DNA from: Eledone cirrhosa
Taxonomy: Eukaryota
DNA length: 63,880 nt
NCBI GenBank assembly: GCA_964016885.1
Contig: OZ024755.1
Span: forward strand, 31,620,001-31,683,880
Direction of reading: 5' to 3'
In this document: positions 53,147 to 63,880 of the stretch, piece by piece
Position numbering within the stretch: position 1 is the stretch's first letter
Layout of the letters: each line of letters begins with the position of its first letter
Notes under the pieces: generated by a model
The model's database searches: none
Told to the model about the DNA's origin: nothing
What the model saw: only the letters and a program-made list of their open reading frames with translations
Translations under genes and position numbers: made by a program

Positions 53147-53716
53147 AAGACAATGTCACTGGACCGAGACCTTTGGCGGTACTCAGTAATAGAGAAGACC
53201 CGCCTTACCTAAATACAAAGTAAAAACCTACTACAGTCAGTAGGCATCTCTATCAAAACACCCCCCGTCCCACCACCTCCACCCCATCCACACCGCCCCT
53301 TTCAATGTACAGTTATGTTGGTCCCACAACATCCAGGCCGAAACAAATGAGATCGTGTAGGTGTCACGACAAAAAACACACAGTCCACGCTGTAAATGTG
53401 GCCATGTAGGCAACACGGTAAAAACCTCCCAGCCCCACACTGTAAATGTGATTGGTGTTAGGAAGGGCATCCAGCTGTAGAAAACCCGCCAGACAGTCCA
53501 CGCTGTAATGTGGCCGTGTAGGCAACACGGTAAAAACCTCCCAGCCCCACACTGTAAATGTGGTTGGTGTTAGGAAGGGCATCCAACTGTAGAAAACCCG
53601 CCAGACAATCCTATGCGAGCAAGACAACCACTCTTGCCTCAAGTGGGAAAACCCCCGTCCAAACCCATGCAAGCGTGGAACACGGACGCTAAACCTGATG
53701 ATGATGATGATGATGA
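53147..53716 (+). mobile_element. RTE 3' end (same subfamily as 21790-24210) with an internal duplication of about 110 bp
   Basis: Matches the reverse complement of 21790-22242; the block CAGTCCACGCTGTAA...CCCGCCAGACA occurs twice. Confidence 0.85.
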
Positions 53717-53720
53717 TATA

Positions 53721-54045
53721 TATCATCATCATTGCATTTTACGTTCGCTTTTTCCTTGCTTGCAAGGGTGGGACGGGAACTGATGCTGGCTTGATTTCCT
53801 TCCTAACACCAACCTCATTTACAGTGAGTGCTGGGTGCTTTTTCGTGGTGCCTCCACGACCACTTTGCAGTGGAATGATATGGACCCCAGTCCCTATCAT
53901 CTCATTTCTACAGCTGAGTAAACTGGAGCAATGTGAAATAAAGTGTCTTGCTCAAGGAAACAACACATCACCCGGTCTGAGGATTGAACTTACAATCTTT
54001 TGATTGCAAGGCCAATGCTCTAACCACTAAGCCATGTGCCTCCAT
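53721..54045 (-). mobile_element. SINE family A
   Basis: Reverse complement of 16826-17166. Confidence 0.88.
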
Positions 54046-54604
54046 GTATATATATATAACAAAGAAAGTGTGGTTAGAAACCAAACTCGTCCCATGGACT
54101 GAGTGCTCTACTAATACGGATATAACCCACCAGTGTTCTATTATATATATATATATATTATCGTCATCATCATCGTTTAACGTCTATCTTCCACGCTAGT
54201 ATGGGTAGGATGGGCTGTCCCTTTGTGGGGGACCGTGATTTGCTCACTCAGAAATTATTTGGCTTGGTTTCTACCGCTAGATACCCTTCCTAACACCAAC
54301 CACATTTACATTGTGTGCTGGGTACTTTTTGTCATGACACCTATGTGACCACTTTGCAGAGTGGACTGGGCGCTTACATTTGTCATGACACCTACATGAC
54401 CACTATAGTGAGCTGGGCTCTTTAGAATAAAGTCTTTGGAATAGTAGGCTGTGTGCTGTATATAGCAGTAAATGTAATTAATATTAGTTGGAATTTGAAC
54501 TTTGTTGTAAGCATGTGATGTTCTGTATGAACGATGTATTTTGTCACAGGTCCATGCATAATCATTTTGTTGTCATTCTTGTGAGTTTATAATACACATA
54601 TCAA

Positions 54605-54913
54605 ATGCATTTAAGTTAAGAAAATTTTAGAGAATATGTTTTCATTGAATGGAAACGAGGCAAATCAGCAACAAATATTATTGCACAATTGAAGGAGAGT
54701 AGAAGTAACAACATTCCAACAAATCCAACCATTTATCATTGGGTGAAACAATTCAAAGATGGCAGTAGATCATCACTTATTGATGCTCCTCGTTCTGGCT
54801 ATCCTTACACAATCAGTATTTATGCCAAAGATCAACTTATTCAAAGTATCATTGATACAGAACCTAAACAATCATTGCCTTGCATTACACATGTTACTGG
54901 AATAAATAAATAA
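54605..54913 (+). pseudogene. Tc1/mariner transposase N-terminal HTH remnant
   Basis: MHLS*ENFREYVFIEWKRGKSATNI..TIYHWVKQFKDG..SLIDAPRSGYP, matching the mariner WxxxFxxGxxSLxDxPRSGRP signature. Confidence 0.75.
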
Positions 54914-55054
54914 AATTTGTATTTGCTTCCGTACAAGAGGTGGTAGATGAATAGCACCAGTTAATGCAATACTCATGTTATGCTTTTGTTTTTCCTTGCG
55001 TTGTTATATCACCCCTCAATCTGTTATTTGATGTCACAGTCTATCTTGTCTTAA

Positions 55055-55680
55055 GGCTGTACATAGCTATGGTGCAGCCACACTTAGAATTTGCATCACC
55101 AGTCTGGAACCCCTATCTTGCTCAGAACATTGACCGCCTGGAAACTGTTCAGAGACGTGCAACCAAGCGAATACCCTCCATCAGGCATCTACCATACTCT
55201 GAACGCCTTGCTTCTCTGGGCATGGATACATTGAAGCTCCGACGTCTGGCAATGGACTTGGTAAACACCCACAAAATTATTAACCATCTTGAAAACAACA
55301 ACCCTGAGTACCTTTTTGATTTCCATGTGTCTAACACACGTGGGCATGCCCACAAAGTCAGAAAACAGCACAGTTCCCATGACTTTGGGAAACATTTTTT
55401 CACGCTCAGAGTTGCTGAAGCATGGAACAAATTACCTGCATCAGTTGTTAGCTGTCGAGACACTGCATCCTTTAAAACTTCCATGCTTCCTGAGATTCGC
55501 CAACACTACACCTAATATTCCCCCTCCATACACATACACATATGTATATCATGACTCATACACTATTCACTTCCCTGACATTTGTATATTATTCTATGTA
55601 CTATGCATGCACCTTTGATGAGTTGTAGTGCACCTGAGCACTGTACACAATAATTTCATTATTATTATTATTATTATTAA
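55055..55680 (+). mobile_element. CR1/L2-type LINE 3' fragment with open frame and (ATT)n tail
   Basis: LYIAMVQPHLEFASPVWNPY..LETVQRRATKRIP..FFTLRVAEAWNKLP. Confidence 0.88.
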
Positions 55681-56844
55681 TATATCACCTCATCACAGTC
55701 TATCTTGTCTTAATATATCACCTCTCAAACTGTTTGTTGGTATCTCAAATAATTTTCTCTGTAGTTAAAACTTCCACTAAAGTGGCAGAGAAGCTCAGTT
55801 CATGTTGATGGAAAAGGGAAATTTTCTAAAAACAACAGGAATTGTTGAAAGCAGAACCACATCTTAGATGAAATAAGCAGTGTGTGAGAGAACCAATCCC
55901 AGACTATAGAAGACGTTATTTTTAGCTTTAAAAACATTGAATCTTCGAGAAGTTCGTTGGGAAGACGTTTATTATGGAACACTTCTGTCAAGTCGATCTC
56001 TGCTCTCAACTAACATTCTTATGATCGTTGCTTTCACTTCTAAAAGCCATTCGTTAGCGTCTTCCTACATTTATTTTTTAATTTCTTCCAGTCCTGTTCT
56101 TATAAGAAAATGAAAAGAAATACGTAAACACGTGCTAAATTGATCCCTAAATAAAACACTGGAATATGAAGGCAGGTTTGTCTTTGTTCAGATTTGTAAT
56201 GGAATAACTGACAACAGTACACACTGCGTCATTTCGTTATTTATAACGATGCCAGTCACATTCAAATATATGGAGTCGTACTTAATAACACTCCTGGCCC
56301 TTCTTCGTTCTAGGACAATAATATTTAAGAGAGAGACTCAGTAATAGAGATAAAGTGAGATTATTTTACCGAGTCCTGCCATGCCTATCATTTTTACTGA
56401 AACATCGTCCAAAGACAATAATTTGAAAGACTAACATGAAAGACTTAACTCATAACTTTACTATTGTATCAAACTGCATAAATATAACACCTAATTTAAG
56501 AATGTAGTTATGCTATTGCTGTTAACCTTAGCTAATTTTACAATCTCATAATTTATTGGCGTCTTTAATGAAGAAAGATGAAGGTTGAGAGACTTAATTT
56601 AATGTTTTTACACGATGGACGAGTAGTCTCCCTTCCTTCAGCCTGCAATTGAGTGGATTTTTTTTTTGTTCTTAGTTTAAGAATATATTTGGAGACATGA
56701 TACTGATGTAGTTAAAACATTCATATATCGAGTAATATAACTGTCTAATAATAAATATTGATTTTTTAACGTAACCATTCGTAGAAAGAATATTTGATAT
56801 TTTTTTTATCTATTCAAAATTCACAGATAACACATAGTGAAATA

Positions 56845-57235
56845 ATACTGTCTATGTCATCTAATGAAAGACATTGTCTATGTCATTAACCCTTTCATTA
56901 CCATATATCTAATGAAAGACACTGCCTATGTCATTAACCCTTTCATTACCATATTTCTAATGAAAGACACTGTCTATGTCATTAACCCTTTAATTACCAT
57001 ATTTCTAATGAAAGACATTACCTATGTCATTAACCCTTTCATTACCATATTTCTAATGATAGACACTGTCTATGTCATTAACCCTTTCATTACCAGCTTT
57101 CTTATGAATTACATGACCTATGTCTTCAAAAAGTTTTTTTTTATAATAATGAATATGGAGGGATTCAGTAATAAAACTAACTTTCTCGTTGTTATGTTGG
57201 TGTTAGGAATATAACAAAGGTTTTACATAAAATTA
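56845..57235 (+). repeat. 48-bp MITE-P1 minisatellite (about 5-6 copies) plus MITE body
   Basis: Same unit and body as 6827-7358. Confidence 0.85.
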
Positions 57236-57584
57236 TAATTATTTCTACTTTTGGCGCAAAATTATCCCAGTGCATTACTGGTACTTTATTTTATCGACCC
57301 CGTAAGGACGAAGGGCAAGGTTTTTAGATAAATATGAACACCTTAAAAAAGTGTATATAATTGGAATGAGATATGGTTTGTGGAAATTGTGTGTGAAAAG
57401 GGTGAATTTCTGCTATTTGGCCATTCTCAAGACAGACAAAAACTCCAAAAGAAACGAAAACAACAAAAATTAACTTTGTTTCTTTTCTTTTAAAATTATT
57501 TTATTGTTACTTCTCTTGTAAAATTAAAATGTCTGTCTCTGAATTAGTTTTAAAAATGAATACTCCCCTTATATATATATCAGG

Positions 57585-58000
57585 AGTATTTCATGTCACC
57601 AGCACACTTATAGGGTGGACTGGGAGATTTTTCCCGTGTCACCAATATGACCACATTACAGATTGGACTGGTAGATTTTTCCCGTGTCACCAATATGACC
57701 ACATCACAGAGTGGACTGGAAGATTTTTCCCGTATCACCAATATGACCACATCACAGGGTGGACTGGGAGATTTTTCCCGTGTCACCAATATGACCACAT
57801 CACAGAGTGGACTGGGAGATTTTTCCCGTGTCACCAATATGACCACATCACAGGGTGGACTGGGAGATTTTTCCCGTGTCACCAATATGACCACATCACA
57901 GAGTGGACTGGGAGATTTTTCCCGTGTCACCAATATGACCACATTACAGGGTGGACTGGGAGATTTTTCCTGTGTCACCAATATGACCACATTACAGGGT
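57585..58000 (+). repeat. 48-bp minisatellite, about 8 copies, resembling the LINE/SINE 3' UTR module
   Basis: Unit G(G/A)GTGGACTGGGAGATTTTTCCCGTGTCACCAATATGACCACATCACA. Confidence 0.9.
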
Positions 58001-58049
58001 ATTTCTATTCCTCTATCATCTGTGGCAATGCCATGTTCTATATATTGCA

Positions 58050-58345
58050 TTTATATATATATTGTTTATATGTAAACCATATTATATATAGTGTTTATAT
58101 ATAAACCATATTATATATAGTGTTTATATATAAACCGTATTATATATATTGTTATATATAAACCATATTATATATAGTGTTATATATAAACCATATTATA
58201 TATAGTGTTATATATAAACTATATTATATATAGTGTTATATGTAAACCATATTATATATATTGTTTATATGTAAACCATATTATATATAGTGTTTATATG
58301 TAAACCATATTATATAGTGTTTATATATAAACCGTATTATATATA
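58050..58345 (+). repeat. About 27-bp AT-rich minisatellite
   Basis: Unit TATATAAACCATATTATATATAGTGTT. Confidence 0.85.
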
Positions 58346-58559
58346 TACACACGCACCAGATGCTTTCACTCAAATTTATTATAATAAATTGAAGTGAAAG
58401 CAACTGGTGCGTGTGTTTCTTATTGGCAACATGACCCTCCCAAAGTATAACAATCTCGGTTTCAACACACGTTTTCAGATAAAGAATCTTGCTAAACAAA
58501 TTCAGAAACGAAATATATATATATATATAAGAACAAAAGATGGTTAAAAGAGTTCCATG

Positions 58560-58628
58560 TATTTTATTATGCGCATTTCAAAAACAAATATCATCATGCA
58601 ATAATATTTGTGTTTTCATCAGATAAAA
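58560..58628 (-). ncRNA. Type-I hammerhead ribozyme (family alpha, same subfamily as 52642)
   Basis: TTTTAT-CTGATGA-AAACACAAATATTATT..GATGATATTTGTTTTT-GAAA-TGCGCAT-A-ATAAAA. Confidence 0.85.
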
Positions 58629-58794
58629 CATGAAGACATGATATGAAGGTTAAAAAACACTTGTGGATAGTTCAGTTTTAAATCAACATATATATATATA
58701 TGAAGTAATACCGTCGGAAAAGTCCAGGAAAAAAGAGTGCTCTATGTAGGTAAAAGAGCTTAATAGTTATGTAATAAACAACATAAGGCAATTA

Positions 58795-58854
58795 TTCCAT
58801 TTACCAGTGGTTTCTTAAAAGCAAAAGATTTTGCTTTCAATCCTCAGAATGAAA
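58795..58854 (-). ncRNA. Type-I hammerhead ribozyme (family beta)
   Basis: TTTCATT-CTGAGGA-TTGAAAGCAAAA/TTTTGCTTTTAA-GAAA-CCACTGGT-A-AATGGAA; GUA triplet. Confidence 0.85.
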
Positions 58855-58893
58855 AAATCCTGGTCTGTTTACTGAATTTGGATTTTTAAAAAA

Positions 58894-58927
<34 letters not shown>

Positions 58928-59082
58928 AAGGGATATATAATTTGTTTGTAATTCAACAGAAATATATATATTTATAACAGATTCGAAGCACACGACAAAT
59001 TTTTGGAGTATAATATCCAAGTGAAACTTGAACCGTTAAGGTCTCATTCCTGGATATGTCAATATTTATAAAACAAAGTTTG

Positions 59083-59143
59083 TATTTTATCTGATGAGAG
59101 TGTACCAAAGTTTTGGTACCCTGGAAATATATAAAATAGAATA
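59083..59143 (+). ncRNA. Hammerhead motif (family alpha) with mutated cleavage site
   Basis: TATTTTAT-CTGATGA-GAGTGTACCAAA/TTTGGTACCCTG-GAAA-TATATAA-A-ATAGAATA; homologous to 61960-62025. Confidence 0.6.
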
Positions 59144-59204
59144 AATATGGTTTTATAAATATAGTTTCCATTTATTAATATCATTCATATATATATATAT
59201 ATAT

Positions 59205-59700
59205 TTCGTTTCTGAATTTGTTTAGCAAGATTCTTTATCTAAAAACAGGTGTTGTAACCGATATTGTTATACTTTGGGAGGGTCATGTTGCCAATAAGAA
59301 ACACACGTACCAGTTGCTTTCACTCCAATTTATTATAAATTAAATTATAAATTTAAAAATTTATAAATTTCCGGCTGGTTGGTGGGTTCCACAACCGGAC
59401 GGTTGTTCATATATTGTCAAAGTTCTTTCGTCACACATTCTGTGACCTCTTCAGTGACTGGGGATTCTTTTCTTTGTTTTGTGCCTCTCCTTTGTCAAAA
59501 ACAACATGGCGTAGGACAGAACAAAGGAGAGGCACAAAACAAAGAAAAGAATACCCACTCACTGAAGAGGTCACAGAATGTGTAACGAAAGAACTTTGAC
59601 AATATATGAACAACCGTCCGGTTGTGGAACCAACCAATCAACCGGAAATTTATAAATTTTTTTAATTTATAATAAATTGGAGTGAAAGCACTGGTGCGTT
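59205..59700. mobile_element. Family gamma element as a head-to-head palindrome with two hammerhead motifs (59416-59458 minus, 59558-59600 plus)
   Basis: GTCA-CTGAAGA-GGTCACA/TGTGAC-GAAA-GAACT-T-TGAC; arms about 59305-59495 and 59521-59699. Confidence 0.65.
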
Positions 59701-59894
59701 GACTTTGCCTTTCATCCTTACGGGGTAGATAAAATAGAGTACCAGTAATGAACTGAGTTTTGCTGGGCTTGTGCCTAAAGTAGAAACAATTATAAATAAA
59801 TAATAGGTGAGAAAATGGGATAAACGTGTAGTGGCACTTGCACGTTATATATATATATATATGTAAAATAATATCGTATATATATATATATATA

Positions 59895-60103
59895 TAGTTA
59901 TGTAATAAACAACATAAGGCAATTATTCCATTTACCAGTGGTTTCTTAAAAGCAAAAATTTTGCTTTCAATCATCATTTTGCTTTTAAGAAACCACTGGT
60001 AAATGGAATAATTGCCTTATGTTGTTTATTACATAACTATTAAGCTCTGTTACCTACATAGAGCACTCTTTTTTCCTGGACTTTTCCGATGGAATTACTT
60101 CAT
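59895..60103. mobile_element. Family beta element with the inversion breakpoint inside the ribozyme
   Basis: 59895-59958 mirrored by 59977-60040; junction just after TGATGA and within helix II. Confidence 0.7.
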
Positions 60104-60104
60104 T

Positions 60105-60214
<110 letters not shown>

Positions 60215-60297
60215 AAATAATATCGTATATATATGTGTGTGTGTGTGTGTATTCATTCAAAGTATTAACAAAAATAGAACTTCATTGTGATCAAGTA

Positions 60298-60364
60298 TAT
60301 TTTATGATACATATTTCAGAGGTACTGAGCTATCTTCAACAGTACGTCCTCATCAGATAAAATA
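60298..60364 (-). ncRNA. Type-I hammerhead ribozyme (family alpha)
   Basis: TATTTTAT-CTGATGA-GGACGTACTG/CAGTACCTCT-GAAA-TATGTAT-C-ATAAAATA. Confidence 0.88.
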
Positions 60365-60780
60365 AGATGATGCATGACATACCCTGACATAGTAGATGGT
60401 TAAGATTCAGTCATGGTAGTGAGTAAGATATGACAAAACTCAATATTTATAAACCTCAAGATTGATACATGAAAAAACTTACATATAATACAGAGGGTGC
60501 GTGTAAGAAAGCTTAAAAATACATAACAGTAATTTACATAACTGTTATAGATTCAAATAATTATTGAAAAAAAAAAAAATTATTTGAATCTATAGCAGTT
60601 ATGTAAATTAGTGTAATGCATTTTTAAGCTTTCTTACACGCACCCTCTGTTTTATATGTATTATATGTAAGTTTTTTCATGTATCAATCTTGAGGTATAT
60701 AAATATTGAGTTTTGTCATATCTTACTACCATGACTGAATCTTAACCATCTACTTTGTCAGGGTATGTCATGCATCATCT

Positions 60781-60847
60781 TATTTTATCTGATGAGGACG
60801 TACTGTTGAAGTTAGCTCAGTACCTCTGAAATATGTATAATAAAATA
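60781..60847 (+). ncRNA. Type-I hammerhead ribozyme (family alpha)
   Basis: TATTTTAT-CTGATGA-GGACGTACTG/CAGTACCTCT-GAAA-TATGTAT-A-ATAAAATA. Confidence 0.88.
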
Positions 60848-60987
60848 TACTTGATCACAATGAAGTTCTATTTTTGTTAATACTTTGAATGAATATTAAT
60901 AACTCCGGAAAACCATTACTGTTGAGTGCTTGTAAAACTAATTCTTTGATTTATTCATCGAACCTTGTTTAACCTTTAAATATATAT

Positions 60988-61426
<439 letters not shown>

Positions 61427-61434
61427 TGTATATA

Positions 61435-61907
<473 letters not shown>

Positions 61908-61959
61908 ACATATATATACGATATTAAACAAATGGAAACTATATTTATAAAACCATATT

Positions 61960-62025
61960 TATTTCATTATACATATTTCAGGGATACCATATTAAAAATA
62001 TGGCATGCCTTCGTCAGATAAAATA
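61960..62025 (-). ncRNA. Type-I hammerhead ribozyme (family alpha)
   Basis: TATTTTAT-CTGACGA-AGGCATGCCATATT/AATATGGTATCCCT-GAAA-TATGTAT-A-ATGAAATA. Confidence 0.85.
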
Positions 62026-62104
62026 CAATATATAAACAGTTTTATAAATAATTTTGACGTACCATAATATAAGCGACCATTAAATTAGGAGGCTGCCTTG
62101 GTAG

Positions 62105-62143
<39 letters not shown>

Positions 62144-62285
62144 GTATGTATATATATATAATTGGTGTTGGATGCTTGAAGCGTCCGTTTGCGGTAGGCC
62201 GTTTGAGCACTCGATGCTCTCATAGAGCAGAGTATGATATCACAGAAAATAAAAGAATCAGTATTGTGACGAATGGAATTTATTG

Positions 62286-62381
62286 GACATATTACAATCG
62301 TTTCTCTGGCAACCAGCTCGCGGCACGATCGATGTGATGATCGAACCTGACTCAGAAAATCGTAAGGTCCTCAGATACGTC
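62286..62381 (-). ncRNA. Hammerhead-like motif with a long, irregular domain II
   Basis: GACGTAT-CTGAGGA-(63 nt)-GAAA-CGATTGT-A-ATATGTC; 7-bp helix I and near-palindromic helix III, but the base of helix II is unpaired. Confidence 0.5.
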
Positions 62382-62759
62382 TTGATTCTACGAAGCAAAT
62401 TTTCCTATATATATATATATGTGTATATATATGTATAAATATATATATATGTATGTGTATATATATATTCAGGTTTGAGGTTCACCACTGGATAGAGCTG
62501 GTCAATTCTTCCTTCCCCCTTCTTCTCTCTTCTTCCTTTCTTTCTTTCTTTTTTCTTGTGGCATGAGATTGAACGCTAACTTATGTTCCCATCCCTTTCT
62601 GTTTTCCTTTATCTGACCGGTAGTAGCACACTGTAAGCTTTAGCCACGTCACTCGAGGGCGACCGGCAAAGGTAGAAGGTGCTGAATAGCGGTCGCCCTC
62701 TGGTCCTCAATTTTCAGCCCCATGGATTTCATCTATTACATTCACGTATTATATTTCGA

Positions 62760-62817
62760 ATACCTGATGATATCACCGGATTCATACGGAACCCAGTCAT
62801 TGAAATGATCATAGTAT
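62760..62817 (+). ncRNA. Hammerhead motif with decayed helix II
   Basis: ATAC-CTGATGA-..-GAAA-TGATCAT-A-GTAT; helix III ATGATCAT palindromic. Confidence 0.62.
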
Positions 62818-62884
62818 AACAAACCTTTCAAGGATTTACACAAATCCAGCCTCCTGTCATTTCATTATATATATATATATATAG

Positions 62885-63880
62885 AGACATTTAACGTAGA
62901 AGAGAACTGGGAGTTCCTAAAAAATAACTTACTAGAGGCGACGGATGAGGTTTGTGGCTGGAGTAAGACCTCAAGCAGGAGGAGAGTGACTTGGTGGTGG
63001 AACAATAAGGTAGATGAAGCAGTCAAGGCCAAGAGACAGGCATGGAAAGAATGGAAGAACGGGGGGAGCAGGGTACATTACATAGAGACCAAGAGGGAAG
63101 CTAGGCGACAAGTATACTTAGCTAGGAGGGAAGCAGAGGATAGAAAATTCAAGCATGTTTTACAACGTGAGGACCAGAAACAGGAGGTATTCAAGATTGC
63201 GAGGCAGTGTGTCAGAGATAGTTGTGATGTCATTGGAGAGAAGTGTATCCGGAATGATAAAGGTGAGCTTGCCCTCACAAGTGCTGAGAAGAAAGATGCA
63301 TGGAAGAGTCATTATGATAGATTACTAAATGAGGAGAATGCATGGGAAGAAGAGACCCTACCCCACGTAGACCCTATAGAGGGACCAGCAGTACAAGTCA
63401 GCGGCAGCGTAGTAAGTAAGGCAATCAGAGATATGAAGATAGGGAAGGCAACCGGTCCATCGGGTATAGCTGCCGAGATGCTGAAGGCATCTGGGTCTGT
63501 AGGTCACACTATAACCACACGTATCGTTAACCAGGTAATACTAGAGGGGGCCATACCAAAAGATTGGTGCAGTAGCACCATTGTCAACTGCTACAAAGGT
63601 AAAGGCGATGCACTAGATAGAGGAAACTATAGAGGTATAAAGTTGATGGACCAGGTCATGAAAGTAACAGAAAGAGTTATAGCACAGCTGATTAGGGACC
63701 GGGTGAATATAGACGAGATGCAATTTGGGTTTGTTCCAGGGAAAGGCACCACTGATGCGCTCTTCCTTGTGAGGCAATTACAGGAAAAGTACCTAGCTAA
63801 AAGTAAGCCACTCTACTTGGCATTTGTCGACCTTGAGAAAGCCTTTGACAGAGTTCCACGTGCAGTAATCTGGTGGGCTC
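62885..63880 (+). mobile_element. RTE LINE fragment (linker and RT N-terminus), runs off the window end
   Basis: Encodes TWWWNNKV, KGKGDALDRGNYRGIKL, QFGFVPGKGTTDALF and FVDLEKAFDRV. Confidence 0.88.

Larger units (their letters stand above)
60250..60980. mobile_element. Family alpha element as an about 645-bp head-to-head palindrome (60250-60895) plus 3' extension to (TA)n
   Basis: Arms about 310 bp around a poly-A loop at about 60563-60578. Confidence 0.78.

Noticed and set aside
55800-56075. Non-repetitive island with short ORFs
   Set aside because: Short frames with early stops and no recognisable domain
62655-62700. GC-rich 11-bp hairpin GAGGGCGACCG/CGGTCGCCCTC as terminator or other ribozyme
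   Set aside because: No U-tract and no recognisable twister, HDV or pistol core; left unassigned

Overview
AT-rich, repeat-saturated eukaryotic (animal) genomic DNA with no confidently identifiable host protein-coding gene. The repeat inventory (RTE-clade LINEs with (GAT)n tails, two tRNA-derived SINE families, long (TA)n/(CA)n runs, many minisatellites) resembles a mollusc, probably an octopus-like cephalopod; this is inference. Mobile elements seen: one 549-aa RTE reverse-transcriptase ORF with an internal PHD-like finger, many decayed RTE pieces, CR1/L2-type and Tx1/L1-type LINE 3' ends, a Helitron remnant, a mariner transposase remnant and two TTAA-flanked piggyBac-like MITE families. The main result is about 20 minimal type-I hammerhead ribozyme motifs (CUGANGA...GAAA...UH), some intact and some mutated or truncated, in at least three families plus singletons. 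Most have a self-complementary helix III, the dimerising form known from Penelope-like retroelements. They lie in short non-coding elements that end in (TA)n microsatellites and often form head-to-head palindromes, with a dense cluster at 58.3-62.9 kb. Several minisatellites can be traced to pieces of mobile elements (MITE terminus, SINE head, LINE coding sequence, LINE 3' UTR). Most ORFs in the supplied track are microsatellite or minisatellite artefacts. All coordinates and pairings were read by eye.
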